Assembly (NCBI GenBank): GCA_001643675.2
Contig: LSRY02000002.1
Location: 1,798,001-1,862,000, forward strand
Origin: Monocercomonoides exilis PA203
Taxonomy: Eukaryota; Protista; Preaxostyla
Length of the DNA: 64,000 nt
Direction: 5' to 3'
Position numbers and translations under genes: made by a program. Shown here piece by piece: positions 50,201-60,600 of this stretch; the stretch's first letter is position 1; each line of letters begins with the position of its first letter. The notes under the pieces are model-generated. The model searched no databases. It worked only from the letters and a program-made list of their open reading frames with translations, and was not told the DNA's origin.

Positions 50201-52911
50201 CTCATGACTCTTCTGGAAGCCATTCGCTCTTATCGCCTCCGATAACTGCCAATTCGACTGTTTCGTGTTGTGTGATTGATCTCTTTGTTGATCTGGCTGC
50301 TGAGGTGCTTTCGCTGATCCTTGGAAGACATGCTGCCTATTACTACGATGATTGCACTGCTCCTTTTTCTTCTTCGTCTCTTTTTGTTCCGCTCTGCCTG
50401 CCTCTTTTTGTGCTTCTTATTCTCATCCACTTTATCCATAACTCAAAGTTTTGCCTCTCACGTGCTTTGGCTTCTCCGTTCTTCCTTCCTCTTCTGGCTG
50501 ATTTGGCTTCATGTGCAACTGAATCTCCCTCTTCTTCTATGTCTTTTTCCTCTGCTTCTTCTTCTTCTTCTTCTTTGATTGAGCCATCATCATCATCGTC
50601 ATTGTCTGCATCTCCTTCTTTGGGCACGTTCACTTCTTCTCTCACAGATTTCAGCCAAGAGCTTGAGCGCATCTCAATAACTGGCCTTCGAATGAGAGAA
50701 GCGCAGCCAAAAGGCGCAGAAGACGAGAAAGTCAACAGAAGCGATGGAGACAGCCAGGAAAAGACGATCGAGTCGATCAAGTGGGAGCATCAGAACTCGG
50801 CTGAGGTGCTGCGGGAGCTGTTTGACGAGGCAGGGGATGCGCTGCCCAATTGCGAAGAGCGCACGTCCTCTTTGATTGCGCCTCGGCACTCGCTGCAGTC
50901 GCTGCTGAAATCAACACTCCGCTTGAACGGCGCACTCATCTGCACACCTGCCTCCTCGCTGTGCGCCCAGAAGTCGGTCTTTGATGACTTTTTGGTTGAG
51001 ACGAATCCGGAGTCGGCACAAAAAATGTCTTCTTCCTCTTCCTCTTCCTCTCCATCTACCTCTTCTTCTTCTTCTTCTTCTGACACAATCAAAATCCCTC
51101 AGTTTCTTCACGATGTGGCGTGTCTGCTTCTTGTAATTATATTTGACCAGACTCCTCCTCCACACTCTTCTCTCACTCCGCTTTTGGCTACTGTCAAACA
51201 GGAGGAAATGTCTGCAGTGGTGGCACAATCGTCGGTGGACGAGCTATCTTTTTCCGGCGTCTCGTCTTCTCTTTCTTCTTCTTCTTCTTCCAATTCAGCT
51301 GACACTTCTGTTTCATCTTCTCTTCCATCCTCTTCGCAGTCTTCACCTGCATCTTCACCGACTGTTTATGTCAAGCAATTCATCTCCTCATTTCAGATTC
51401 GTTCGGAAGAGCACGTTATCTACGGCTCAAATCTCACTCGCACAGCTGAATTGTCTTCATCATCATCTTCTTCTTCATCATCATCATCATCTTCTTCTTC
51501 TTCTTCTTCTTCCTTTGGTTCTGGTTCTGATGATAATTCTGGCGCTTCCTCATTCACCATCCCACAAAACAAAGAAACCCTCTTCAACTTTCTACAGCAG
51601 CGCTGCGGTGTCAGCACGCTTTCAGATTCTGTTGATCGGTTTAGCTCGTCTTTACTGCTTGTTTCTCAGTCTTCACCGCAGTCTGCTGCTTCTCCACCTC
51701 TTTCTTTGTCTCAGCACTCTTCTCCAACATTCCACTCGCCTTCGCCCTTGTCCTTCCCATCCTCACCTACTGCCTCTCCTCTGCTCTCTTCACAGCAGCA
51801 GCTGTTTGCTCCTCCAGCTTCACCACATCCTCCCCAGCCTCCTTCATTCACCCTCCTTTCTCTTCTGCAAGGTGCGATTCCTTCTGCTCAGTCGCTGGCT
51901 TCTCTTCTTGCTGCACACAAGTCGCTGTTTCAGGAGAGGCTGATGCTGATCTGCTCGAATGCTGGGTGGATGACAGAGACAGAGGAAAAAGCGGAGATGA
52001 AAGCTTTGAAGGGCTGTCTGCATGGCGCACTCAGAGACAAATTGAATGAAATGAAAAAAATGCATAGCAAAGAGCAGCACACACCTCAAAATGCAGCAGA
52101 TGCTGTTTCGAAGATGTCTGATACATCAGACACTGCTGCTGCCAAGCTTGTTACTAATTCTAATAAGCCATCATCGTCGTTATCATTATCATCATCTTCT
52201 TCTTCTTCTACTTCAACTTCATCAACTGAAAAAGATGGCTCATCATTTTCTTTTTCTGCTATTTCTCCTTCTTCGTCTTCGGCTTCTTCTGGTGCAAGCT
52301 CTGCAGTGTCTTTTACTGCCCCACTTGCACTCGGACAGCTCCAGAAATCGCTTGCAGAGGCTGTGCTGGAAAGAGACAGCCTGCGCCAGGAAGTGCAAAG
52401 ATTGACTGAAGAAGCGAAGCAAAGGCAAGACATGGACAAAAGCAGTGAAAAGCGTACTGCTGGTAAAGACAATGAAGCATCAGAGGAACTTCAACAAATC
52501 AGAGCAGAGTTGAAAGCGCGCGAAAGCGAAGTCAAACAGAAGGAAGAAAAAGTTTGCCAGTTGAATGCGGAAAATGCCCAATTGAAGAAAGAGCTGCAGT
52601 TGAAAGAAGCAAAGTTGAAGTCTTTTATAATGATAATGAAGGCCAGCGGAGCAAACATTGAAGAAAATGATATCGAAGCAACGAACAAAAATGAGAAAGG
52701 AAACGAGATTTGTGATTCTGAAAATGGCACTTTGAAAAAAGACGATGATGGAAGCAACGAGGTTATTCAAAAAATGTCAGATGATCTCAAAGAAAAAGAA
52801 ACTACGATCACTTCACTCACTTCACAGCTTAAATCTCTTCAAGATTCGTACGCTTCTCTTCAAAAAGAAAACGAAGAATTAAAGGCGATTATGACTGATC
52901 TGGAAGTTTAG
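47245..52911 (+). CDS. USO1: Uso1/p115 vesicle-tethering protein (armadillo head plus C-terminal coiled coil)
   Basis: LLDSKDHYVKLFTLLIL and GIAPLIAILKQPREALRSEGLQFLQSL..NEILQSAACMQGAFE resemble p115 GVSRLMDLL..REVIRNDGVLLL..IQKIVAFENAFE; coiled-coil tail. Confidence 0.75.
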   Translation: MNNVQLLVQRIKLSENEQLQEEALQELLEKTNECKTIQIDEEGVISLFDLLGKNPSNTDKIRNVLNILCNLMAKPVGNSPLSDSTKLHIQFTINNGGINKLIGLLDSKDHYVKLFTLLILQSIFCVNGEAVSSGIIVGRGIAPLIAILKQPREALRSEGLQFLQSLCSDNEILQSAACMQGAFEACFSLFVQLQVDDPTIPLIFTLMQILLHSTVSRRYFRTESSKQLTNLLQIPQHALPLRPFSPRATIVREAIHLAFTLSKGDISETKESRKAFLQSGLTEQLVTNLVIEDLPIAVRSPLMYLLSILCYRHPQTQILIATPRSVPRPSSPSPASNTKQCAQSPQNSKLPTFSSTYLSTSFSPISSSSVGQHSSSSMTFSAPEPPMPLKAVYPQSQSYQCGIDIAVQLLTTNQFEEWEANLQKRERGMIELKKEQAATEKMMKTIVENEEEKEKTEEKQDNPSTSNADNTKNGKEAEDKEGSDEEKTALCSLAQVHRLQKNARRLLYSFMEHNSLLQTVASTLVITQDLSLPSSQPHLSYSPLSYSPASSENTNTNSDSSSKCPAPTMSVLPLNFARSDSTSFLKTPTPFAHTPTPKASTPPPLLLSRSPHSSFLSLAAGSSASIPNSISMNTFSSSSTRSISPHLSSSSFSQLSNRSPSPFKTADAAHNPHSFLFSSIPHSSSSPTFSSSPTPSSSSCSSHRLLHSSPLSPSELPVPSPSAILISHLLTLHSGMHSFVPLSQHFQHIGTIFSKNVLSELGITPKEEEVIVSKDGIQPILITPSPINMGTLTTSASFSSLSSQSPSSSPLSTSFVPSIPIPPESMSANDLPIATVNTNVSSAKEFAVSPNTFPLYVYCRSMTYGNSEQSASSNVSSSSSSSSSSSMPTDSSITLPLSSAYSSFHFLARMFDSTLALCTLLQQLDESSRERLAKEPFSSTSLILTYQNNGNEDSRADDDNKSPAKSSAEHQVLPSTSPSSYIQNRTHDSSGSHSLLSPPITANSTVSCCVIDLFVDLAAEVLSLILGRHAAYYYDDCTAPFSSSSLFVPLCLPLFVLLILIHFIHNSKFCLSRALASPFFLPLLADLASCATESPSSSMSFSSASSSSSSLIEPSSSSSLSASPSLGTFTSSLTDFSQELERISITGLRMREAQPKGAEDEKVNRSDGDSQEKTIESIKWEHQNSAEVLRELFDEAGDALPNCEERTSSLIAPRHSLQSLLKSTLRLNGALICTPASSLCAQKSVFDDFLVETNPESAQKMSSSSSSSSPSTSSSSSSSDTIKIPQFLHDVACLLLVIIFDQTPPPHSSLTPLLATVKQEEMSAVVAQSSVDELSFSGVSSSLSSSSSSNSADTSVSSSLPSSSQSSPASSPTVYVKQFISSFQIRSEEHVIYGSNLTRTAELSSSSSSSSSSSSSSSSSSSSFGSGSDDNSGASSFTIPQNKETLFNFLQQRCGVSTLSDSVDRFSSSLLLVSQSSPQSAASPPLSLSQHSSPTFHSPSPLSFPSSPTASPLLSSQQQLFAPPASPHPPQPPSFTLLSLLQGAIPSAQSLASLLAAHKSLFQERLMLICSNAGWMTETEEKAEMKALKGCLHGALRDKLNEMKKMHSKEQHTPQNAADAVSKMSDTSDTAAAKLVTNSNKPSSSLSLSSSSSSSTSTSSTEKDGSSFSFSAISPSSSSASSGASSAVSFTAPLALGQLQKSLAEAVLERDSLRQEVQRLTEEAKQRQDMDKSSEKRTAGKDNEASEELQQIRAELKARESEVKQKEEKVCQLNAENAQLKKELQLKEAKLKSFIMIMKASGANIEENDIEATNKNEKGNEICDSENGTLKKDDDGSNEVIQKMSDDLKEKETTITSLTSQLKSLQDSYASLQKENEELKAIMTDLEV

Positions 52912-53045
52912 CCAATTTGTCATTCGTTATTTGTTTTGTTTTAGTTCCTGCTTTGCGGGCATTCTGTTTATGCAAATATGATAAATTTTCAACTTTTCAT
53001 AGAAACATTTTTTCCAAAGTTCCCATCAGTAAATTAAGAAACTAA

Positions 53046-53535
53046 GGTAAGTGGGCAGATAACGACCGGTAAAAAAATTCGATTCATATGTTTTTATTAA
53101 TTTTTACTATTACTAATGAATGCAATTATGATATTTCTAAAGTGGTTTTCGAATTACAGTGATTCAAAGCTGAGAAAACCTATCTTTAAAATCCAAAAGG
53201 AGTATTTAGTTAAAAAACTTCCCCACTTTAAATAAAAAAAACCCTAAACAGTTGATTAAATTTAAAGTTTACATTAACATAACCCTAATAAACACATTGA
53301 CAAGGGGATAATCTTTATTTCCAATAAAAACCTAATAAAAATAATCTCTGTAATATATGTTAGGGGTTTGATCATTAATTTTTGATAACTCCTGCTTTTT
53401 TAATACTAAAAATTTTCAGTTTTTTAACGAATGTTTCTCCTATTTGAGAATTTAAACATCCGTAAATAGGGTTTTCAAGGTCAATAGTTCTTCTTTAACA
53501 CAATTTTTATACCGGTCGCTTTGAACCCTCTTACC
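53046..53535. mobile_element. 490-bp MITE with 8-bp TSD, Merlin-like (hAT not excluded)
   Basis: GAAACTAA duplicated at 53038-53045 and 53536-53543. Imperfect TIRs GGTAAGTGGG...CGACCGGTAAAAAAATT and GGTAAGAGGG...CGACCGGTATAAAAATT. Confidence 0.85.
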
Positions 53536-53927
53536 GAAACTAATAGAAATAAAGCAGAAATTAACCACATGGAAATGACAAAGTATGAATCTTATTATTA
53601 AATTGCATTTTTTCAAATTACACTGAATTTCATTTTCTCCAATGAAATTATTAAAATCAAAATTTTCAAAATGAAAATACCAAAGAAAAGAATAATCTTT
53701 TGTAAAAAAACAATAAATACAAATTTAGGACATAATTTTTTGTTTTATGAATTTTGTTCCACTCAGTTCTTTCAAAGATTTTTTTCGGTTTTTATATTTT
53801 CTATTTAATGTTGCACTTCAATGTTGGAATAATAATTAAATAATTGCAGAAAAAGTTTGGAACAAATCATTGAAGTTTTCATTAATGAAAGAATTCTGTC
53901 CCATTTTTCATAGTGTGGTCCATAATA

Positions 53928-54377
53928 CAGTCAAAACCGGATATAATCACATCGGGTTTTGCACGACTTTTTGTGACTATATCCGATTGTGATTATAAGC
54001 GATGTGACTTAACACAGAAAAAAATGAAATTTGTTTTTTGAAATAATTAATTTTGGGTCAATTTTTTTATTTTTGAAAAAACTTGACAAATACACATTTT
54101 TCAATAGAAATAACAATTTTTATTGTTTTATAATGTTATTCAGACTTATTTGAGCACATTTTTGAAAAAGCGAAAAATTCAAGTTTTTGATCCAAAAATC
54201 GATTTTTCATTGAAAAAAGCACCCATAATAATAAAAAATGTGATTATATATTTTCATCCCTGTGATTATATTCGATGGAAAATGAATGAAAAATGAGCTA
54301 AAAATGTCGGTGCATGGAAAAATGTGACTTTAAACGAATGTGATTGTATTCGATGTGATTATATCCGGTTTTGACTG
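53928..54377. mobile_element. 450-bp Tc1/pogo-type MITE
   Basis: Perfect 27-bp TIR CAGTCAAAACCGGATATAATCACATCG, TA TSD, subterminal TGTGATTATA-like repeats. Confidence 0.92.
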
Positions 54378-54850
54378 TATTCTGTAAAAAAAATTAGATA
54401 TGGTTTGAAATTTTATGTGAATAAAAAATCAATCATTCCAATATTCACAATTCTGAATTGCGAAAAACTTCAAACGCTTAATCCAACTCATAAAAGCACG
54501 AACAATCATGTCTGAAGATTTTGAATGAAGTGTTTTTCTTATTTAGATTTCTAATTCTTCAGTATAAGATATTTTCCCCACTTTCAAAGCTTGCTTAATG
54601 TACCGAAGTGGGAAAAATCTCATGGCTCAACTTCAGGAGACTTAGGAGGACGATCAAGAATTATCAAATTATGCTCATTCACAAAGATCTTTGATATTTT
54701 CGCTATGTGTGAACGAACATTGTCAAAATGAAAAAAAAATTATCCACAGGAAAAATGGAGGAAAAAAAATTTGAAATATAACAAATATGGCAAAATTTTT
54801 TTCTTTGAAGAGTTCATTTTGTTGTATTTTCAAATACACAAAAATTTGTT

Positions 54851-55000
54851 CAAAATCGAATAAATTTCAACCAAAGTCGAAAATCTTTCAAATGAAATCG
54901 AAAATTATAATTCAAAGTCGGAAAACTTTCATTCAAAGTTGAAAAAGTTTCAAACGAAATCGAAAAACTTTCAAGCAAAGTCGAAAGTTCGGAATTTTTC
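54851..55000 (+). repeat. Degenerate ~21-bp tandem repeat (CAAAGTCGAAAAACTTTCAA-like), with an inverted copy at about 55495-55552
   Basis: About 7 units visible; reverse-complement units TTGAAAGTTTTTCGACTTTG near 55510. Confidence 0.7.
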
Positions 55001-55581
55001 AAAATATCAAAGAGTTGACAAAATTCAATAAAAGTCAAAAAACATTTTTATTGTTGAAATATCAATGATATTTGTTATTTTGAAGATTTTTCATCTTTTT
55101 TCCAATATTTTTCTTTGCTTTTTTTGTTCAATCACAAAATTTAAAAATATGAGAGAAATTCTGACATATTTTAATTTTATTTCAATTGAAAGAACACTGC
55201 TTTTCAAAAGATTTGTCAAAATTTTCTATTTATATTTTTAACAATTAATGTAGAATGATTCATTCAATATTGGCTCACTTATTTCGCGTTTTTTATATCA
55301 AAAAACTCATATCTTGTAGAAGGAAACAAATGTTTTAATTTTTGTTGAGAGTTTATTTTTGGGTTTATTTTAATTCAAAAACTTCTGAATTTGCAGGAAA
55401 TGACGCAAACATTGCTGATAATGATCACTTAAACAAAATTGCTATATATTTCCTCAATTAAATTCTCTTTTTTTTACGTTTATTTTGATGTCAAATTTTC
55501 GATTTCGATTGAAAGTTTTTCGACTTTGGTTGAAAGATTTACGACTTTGAATTATTTTTGGTGGACCAAAATATTTCATGT

Positions 55582-56142
55582 GGGTAATTATTTTTGAAAA
55601 GTCACAAAAGTTTTATTATCAGATTTATCAAATATTTCATATTTTTATCATATTTCTGTTTCAGCTCACAAATTTTCTCAAGAATGTTTGAAATAACATT
55701 ATCAAGAAAAAGATTTCATTTAAGTTAAGTTTGATATTTGTTAACATAATATTTAGCAAAATATGAAATTTTTTATTTATTTGAAAATTAAACAAAAGGA
55801 AAATTTCAATTAAAATCAGCCATATGCTTTTATATCGAATTCACTAAATATTCTTCTTCCATTTTTGCTTTTTCTGAAAAAATATGTGTGATTTTCTTTG
55901 ATTTCAAATTTTTTCTTTCAAAAATTTCGGAGAAAAATTATTTTTTGAATATCAATAAACAAAAAGAGAAAAGTGAAAAGGCTTATTGAATGCATTTTTT
56001 TCTTTGATTCGGTAAAATCATTTGTTTTAAATAACAATTATCATGCATTTTCTCTTTTGAATAAAAAATTCCTTTCAAAAAACTAACAATTATTGATAAA
56101 TCAACACCCCGAAAAAAGATATTATTTCAAAAATATTCTCCC
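55582..56142. mobile_element. GGG..CCC/ATAT-family element inserted in the mariner transposase
   Basis: Ends GGGTAATTATTTTTGAAA and TTTCAAAAATATTCTCCC followed by ATAT; the last ~170 bp are homologous to 25180-25350. Confidence 0.8.
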
Positions 56143-56860
56143 ATATCAAGAAAAAACATCCCGTGAACAGTTGTGAGAATTCTGAACATATATTTCTCAT
56201 CCGTAAAAGTGTTATTTGCGGTGGTTGACACATATGCTTATTCTTTTCTCCATTCGCATTTGAAATTACACCTTGTATTGAAAAAAGATTCATCTCCTGT
56301 TATCAGCCCTTCAAAAAACATTTTCTGTAAATCTCGCAATTTCTCCAGTTATTGCAAGCCAGTTTGAAAGCAAATTTTTTTCTGATCGTCATTCAGTGCG
56401 TACGGTACCCACCTAATTTTGTTAGAATGGAAATGTGATTTCTTTTTGGGAATCCTTGAAATTGTTGTTTTCCCATCAAAGAATTGTTCCGCCAATGCTC
56501 TGGAGCTTATTTATGGATTTTCTTTGACTGTTTGAAAAATTTTTGTTTTTCACACTTTGTTTGATAACACAACGTGATAATGGTGTCTCTTGTCAATTTC
56601 GTCACATCTTTGTTTCCTGACGTTCCATGAACGAATTGTTCTGATAACCGAAAGCTTTTAACCGTATGCAACCTGTTGTTTTTCAAAATTTTGCTTTATG
56701 TTCGTACAGTTCAAAGTGCAAAACTTTGCATTAACAAACATTTTTTGATGGTTCATTTTTTATTTGACTATTTATTATTCTTTGAACAAAATAAAATGGA
56801 CCACCTTTTGAATGAAAATGCTAAAGAAGAAAACAATCTTTTGTGAAAAAACAGTTATAT

Positions 56861-57101
56861 GTCTTAATTTTTTTGAAAAGTTCTTTTTGTTTAATTTTCA
56901 AATAAAGAAAAAATTTCATCCTTCGATCAAATTTCTGTTTCCACTCACCATATTTTTTTGTGATGGAAACAAATTCTTGATAATGTTATTTTTTCTATTT
57001 TTGTGAAGTTTCGTGTGCGAGAACCGAAATTTGATCGAAGGATGAAATTTTTATTTTAATTTGAAAATTAAACAAAAGTAACTTTTCAAAAAAATTTAGA
57101 C
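56861..57101. mobile_element. Foldback MITE with ~80-bp inverted arms and ATAT flanks
   Basis: AAATTTCATCCTTCGATCAAATTTC pairs with GAAATTTGATCGAAGGATGAAATTT; arrangement is ATAT|GTC...GAC|ATAT. Confidence 0.8.
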
Positions 57102-57104
57102 ATA

Positions 57105-57342
57105 TTATTCTTTATGAAAAGTCGCAAATGTTTTCTTTTCAATAGAAAAAAAAAATTCATTTCATGACCAAATTTCTATTCCTGCTCACAAAAATTTACT
57201 AAATTGGAAGATATTACTTGTCTATGCAATTGCTTTTTTTTGAAGTGAAGTTTTGTGAACGGGAATAGGAATTTGATCATGATATGAAACATTTATTTCA
57301 ATTGAAAAGTGAACATTTGCGACTTTTTGAAAAAGAATAATG
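57105..57342. mobile_element. Second foldback element abutting the first
   Basis: TTATTCTTTATGAAAAGTCGCAAATG ... CATTTGCGACTTTTTGAAAAAGAATAA; shares GAAAAGTCGC with the 19087 TIR. Confidence 0.7.
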
Positions 57343-57667
57343 CAGTTGACAAAAAATTTTCGCTTATTCACATAAAGGAATAGAAAATGAAATTGGTATA
57401 TTATTTTTATCAAAAAGCTATAACATTTTTGGAACAGAATCTCAAACAACAAAAAAAAAATTTTTTTTTTCTTATATGAGTTGGAAAATGGTGACGGACG
57501 TGACAAATATTTTTCTTCTCTTCATTCTGAATCACTTGTACATATGTTAATGACTTTGATTCAGTTGACAAAGTTTTTCATGAAAAAAGAATTCATTCTA
57601 ATAATATGGGAGTTGATCAAATTTATCTATTGTCCCGCTTCATAGAGTTGGGGTTATTGAAAATAAT

Positions 57668-60600
57668 ATGCTCCTTGAATTATATATTTGCTGTTTATTG
57701 CTCATTGAAACGACTTTCGAAGTTCATAAAGCTGCCACATTGGCGAATTCAGTTTCAAGAATACCAAAAAGTGGATCTGGACCAACTTCGAGACAATCAC
57801 CCGTTCTCGCGGCTGATGGAGATGGAAGCAGTGATACAAAGTTTTACTGCTTCTCTGGTTTTGATACAATGAGAAATTATCAAGCAACAATTTTCAGTTA
57901 TGATTATTCTTCTGATAAAAACAGTTGGATAGAAGTTGAACTTAATGGAGTTCTTGACAGCCCTTATCGTGCATGCTTTGCATCTTTTGTTTATAAAAAC
58001 ATATTTTACGTATGGGGAGGAAAGGGGCAGGATGGTTTTTACGATGATTTATGGTGTTACAACCTAAATACAAAAAGTTGGTTTGAAGGATCTCAAAGTG
58101 ATGAACGACCCTCTGCACGAGAATTTCCTCATTGTTACTTTGATAACGCTGATGAAAAATTATATCTTTTTGGAGGAAGAGATGATACAAAACGAAATAA
58201 TGATGTATGGACATTTAGTCCTGAGACAGGAAAATGGACTCAGCTTCCCCTTGGAGGACAAGACGGTCATACACCTGGTGAAAGAAGTGGAGGAGGATGT
58301 TTTAAAAAAGATAATATTTTATATGTATTTGGAGGGTTTGCCCCAGAAAAGCCCGATGATGGAAATATTATATGGAAATACGACGTTAGCACTGAGAGTT
58401 GGGTTGATCCAATAACTATCAATGACGAAACAGTGAAATTAAATATGAGAACAGAAGCAGGAATCTCTGCACTTGACGATAAGGTATATATTTTTGGAGG
58501 TGTTTGCCAGACAGCAAAAACCAGAACTTTTGTATCAGATATGCTTGTTATTAATTTTTCAAATGCAGCTAGCATTTCGTATCAAAGCTACCCATTTAAT
58601 GGGCATGGAGATTTATCAGAATCCGAACTTAATCGTAGAAGTTGTGGTTTTATTGCAAGAAAAATTCAAAATCCAGCTGTCGTTCGTTGTTTTGCATTTG
58701 GGGGAGTACAAGCCGAAGATGTATTGGGAGATATGATTTGTGCAACTTTTAATGGTAATAATTTAAAATTTGAAAGAGTCACTGAACAAATAGAGAATCA
58801 ACCGCCATATCGCACCATGCAGAAAGCGGTACCTGCATTGGGAAAAATGTGGGTATATGGTGGCATTGGTGATTCTGTTGCAGAATGGCAGGAAGCTATT
58901 CCTTTGAACGATATGTATTCATTTGACTTTAGCACAGAGAAGTGGGAAATGATCGACACGTCTATAAATTCTGATTCTGATCAACCTCCACCTTTGAGCG
59001 ATTACTCACTTGTAGAGCATTCAGGTCGATTGTTTATTTTTGGTGGGTTAGGAACAGATGAAGCTACAGGGATAAAAGAAGCTAAAAACGACATTTATGA
59101 GTATTCTATCCTTTTGGGAACATGGCACAAGATTGTTCCGACTACTGCTGCTCGTCCATCGCCACGTTCAGGAACTGCCGCGGTGGTTCTTCAAAGATGC
59201 ATCATTATCATTGGAGGACGTCTTAACGACCAGACGTTAACCAACGAAATATGGCGTTTTTCTCTTGTTACAAATGAATGGACCCTTATGAATCCTGTTT
59301 ATTTACCAAATCTTCCGACGATTCTTACACCTAATCAAAAGCATAGCTCACTTTCTGGCACACCAATAGTTGACCCATCAAAGTTTCCTGTACAAATTGA
59401 GAAAAGAGAGCATCATCAAGTGCTATCATATGAGTTTTATGTTGGTGACACAGATGAAGAGATTATGAAATCAGAGAAGTATCAGATGCTTATCGTAGCT
59501 GGAGGAGTTTCACAAACGTTGGAGTCACACACAAGCGTTGACAGAATAGTCATTCCGCCAATGGACCTGTCGACAGAAGCAACACAAGAAACAGACTCAA
59601 CTTTGCCCAAGAATTACTTCTACTTTTCAACACAAACAAGGATTCCGCTGAATGACGATGAAGATCATCCACTGTTATACAGAGCTTATGCTACACCAGT
59701 TAGCACTGGTATCATATCTCTTGGAGGCCTCGATGAAGACTATGCAGTGAATGAGTTGAATTTCATTGATTTTACAGAAACAATGAATCCAGTTGTGTAC
59801 AAACAAGGATCAAGCGACACAACAGTCCTTATGATGAATTCAGAAGGAAAATTTGTTGACACTTCTTCTCTGCGTTCTGCCAGACATAAACGACATTTAT
59901 CTGCAATTGAAAAAACCAGTGAAGCAAAAAAGACATCCAATGAAAATTCACTTGCATTCCCATATGTATCAGGAGGATCTGTTGTGTATTTCGGGAAACG
60001 ACTTTATTGCTATGCAGGCAACCTTCTTGCTGGCAGATTTCCTTCTGACAATCAATTTCATAACCAACTCTATGTTATCGAACTGAACAAGGACTTTAAA
60101 ACAGAAGGCGCTTATTCAAAGACAATATTTGGATGTTCACTTGGAACATATGTTGCAGAAAGCACGAAAGATGGTCATAACATTGGTGATTGCGTGATTG
60201 TTAAACCGGGATATTTTACTCGATTTTTCAATACTTCCGAATCTTCTGTTGTTGCATGTTATTCAGGTTCTTTTAACAAATTCTATGGAGGCTCATCAGG
60301 GTATCATTGTGTTGCGTGTTCTCACGGCACATACAGTTCTAAAGAAGGAAGCAGTTCATGCGTTCAATGTGATCCTGGTAAATACTGCCCTGTGGGATCA
60401 AAGACGGATAACTCTACTGCTCCTTCAACTGAGACACTGGGTGACAAACAGCCAAAGATGTATGAAACAAAAGATCAATACGCAACAACCATTATGATTG
60501 CATGCTATGCCGGTGGGTTAATTATTGGACTTATTCTGGCATTTATAATGGTTTGCTGCCCATGCCGAAAGTTTTTGTTCAAATTGGACTTGTTCTCGGA

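Larger units (their letters stand above)
54429..56756 (-). pseudogene. mariner DD34D transposase pseudogene, split by insertions at about 54850-56142
   Basis: Hand translation gives the HTH ISSRALAEQF..KTTISRI, then WVPYAL and ITGDESF. After the insertions comes FHFDNVRSH..RPPKSPEVEP*DFSHFG, with exactly 34 residues between D2 and D3. Several in-frame stops. Confidence 0.88.
53913..56806 (-). mobile_element. Degenerate mariner element hosting nested insertions
   Basis: Imperfect TIRs GTGGTCCAT..TATT.TGT at both ends (left one interrupted by a MITE) enclosing a transposase pseudogene. Confidence 0.65.

Noticed and set aside
54851-55000. CRISPR-like array
   Set aside because: Degenerate tandem units without unique spacers, no cas genes, eukaryotic context.
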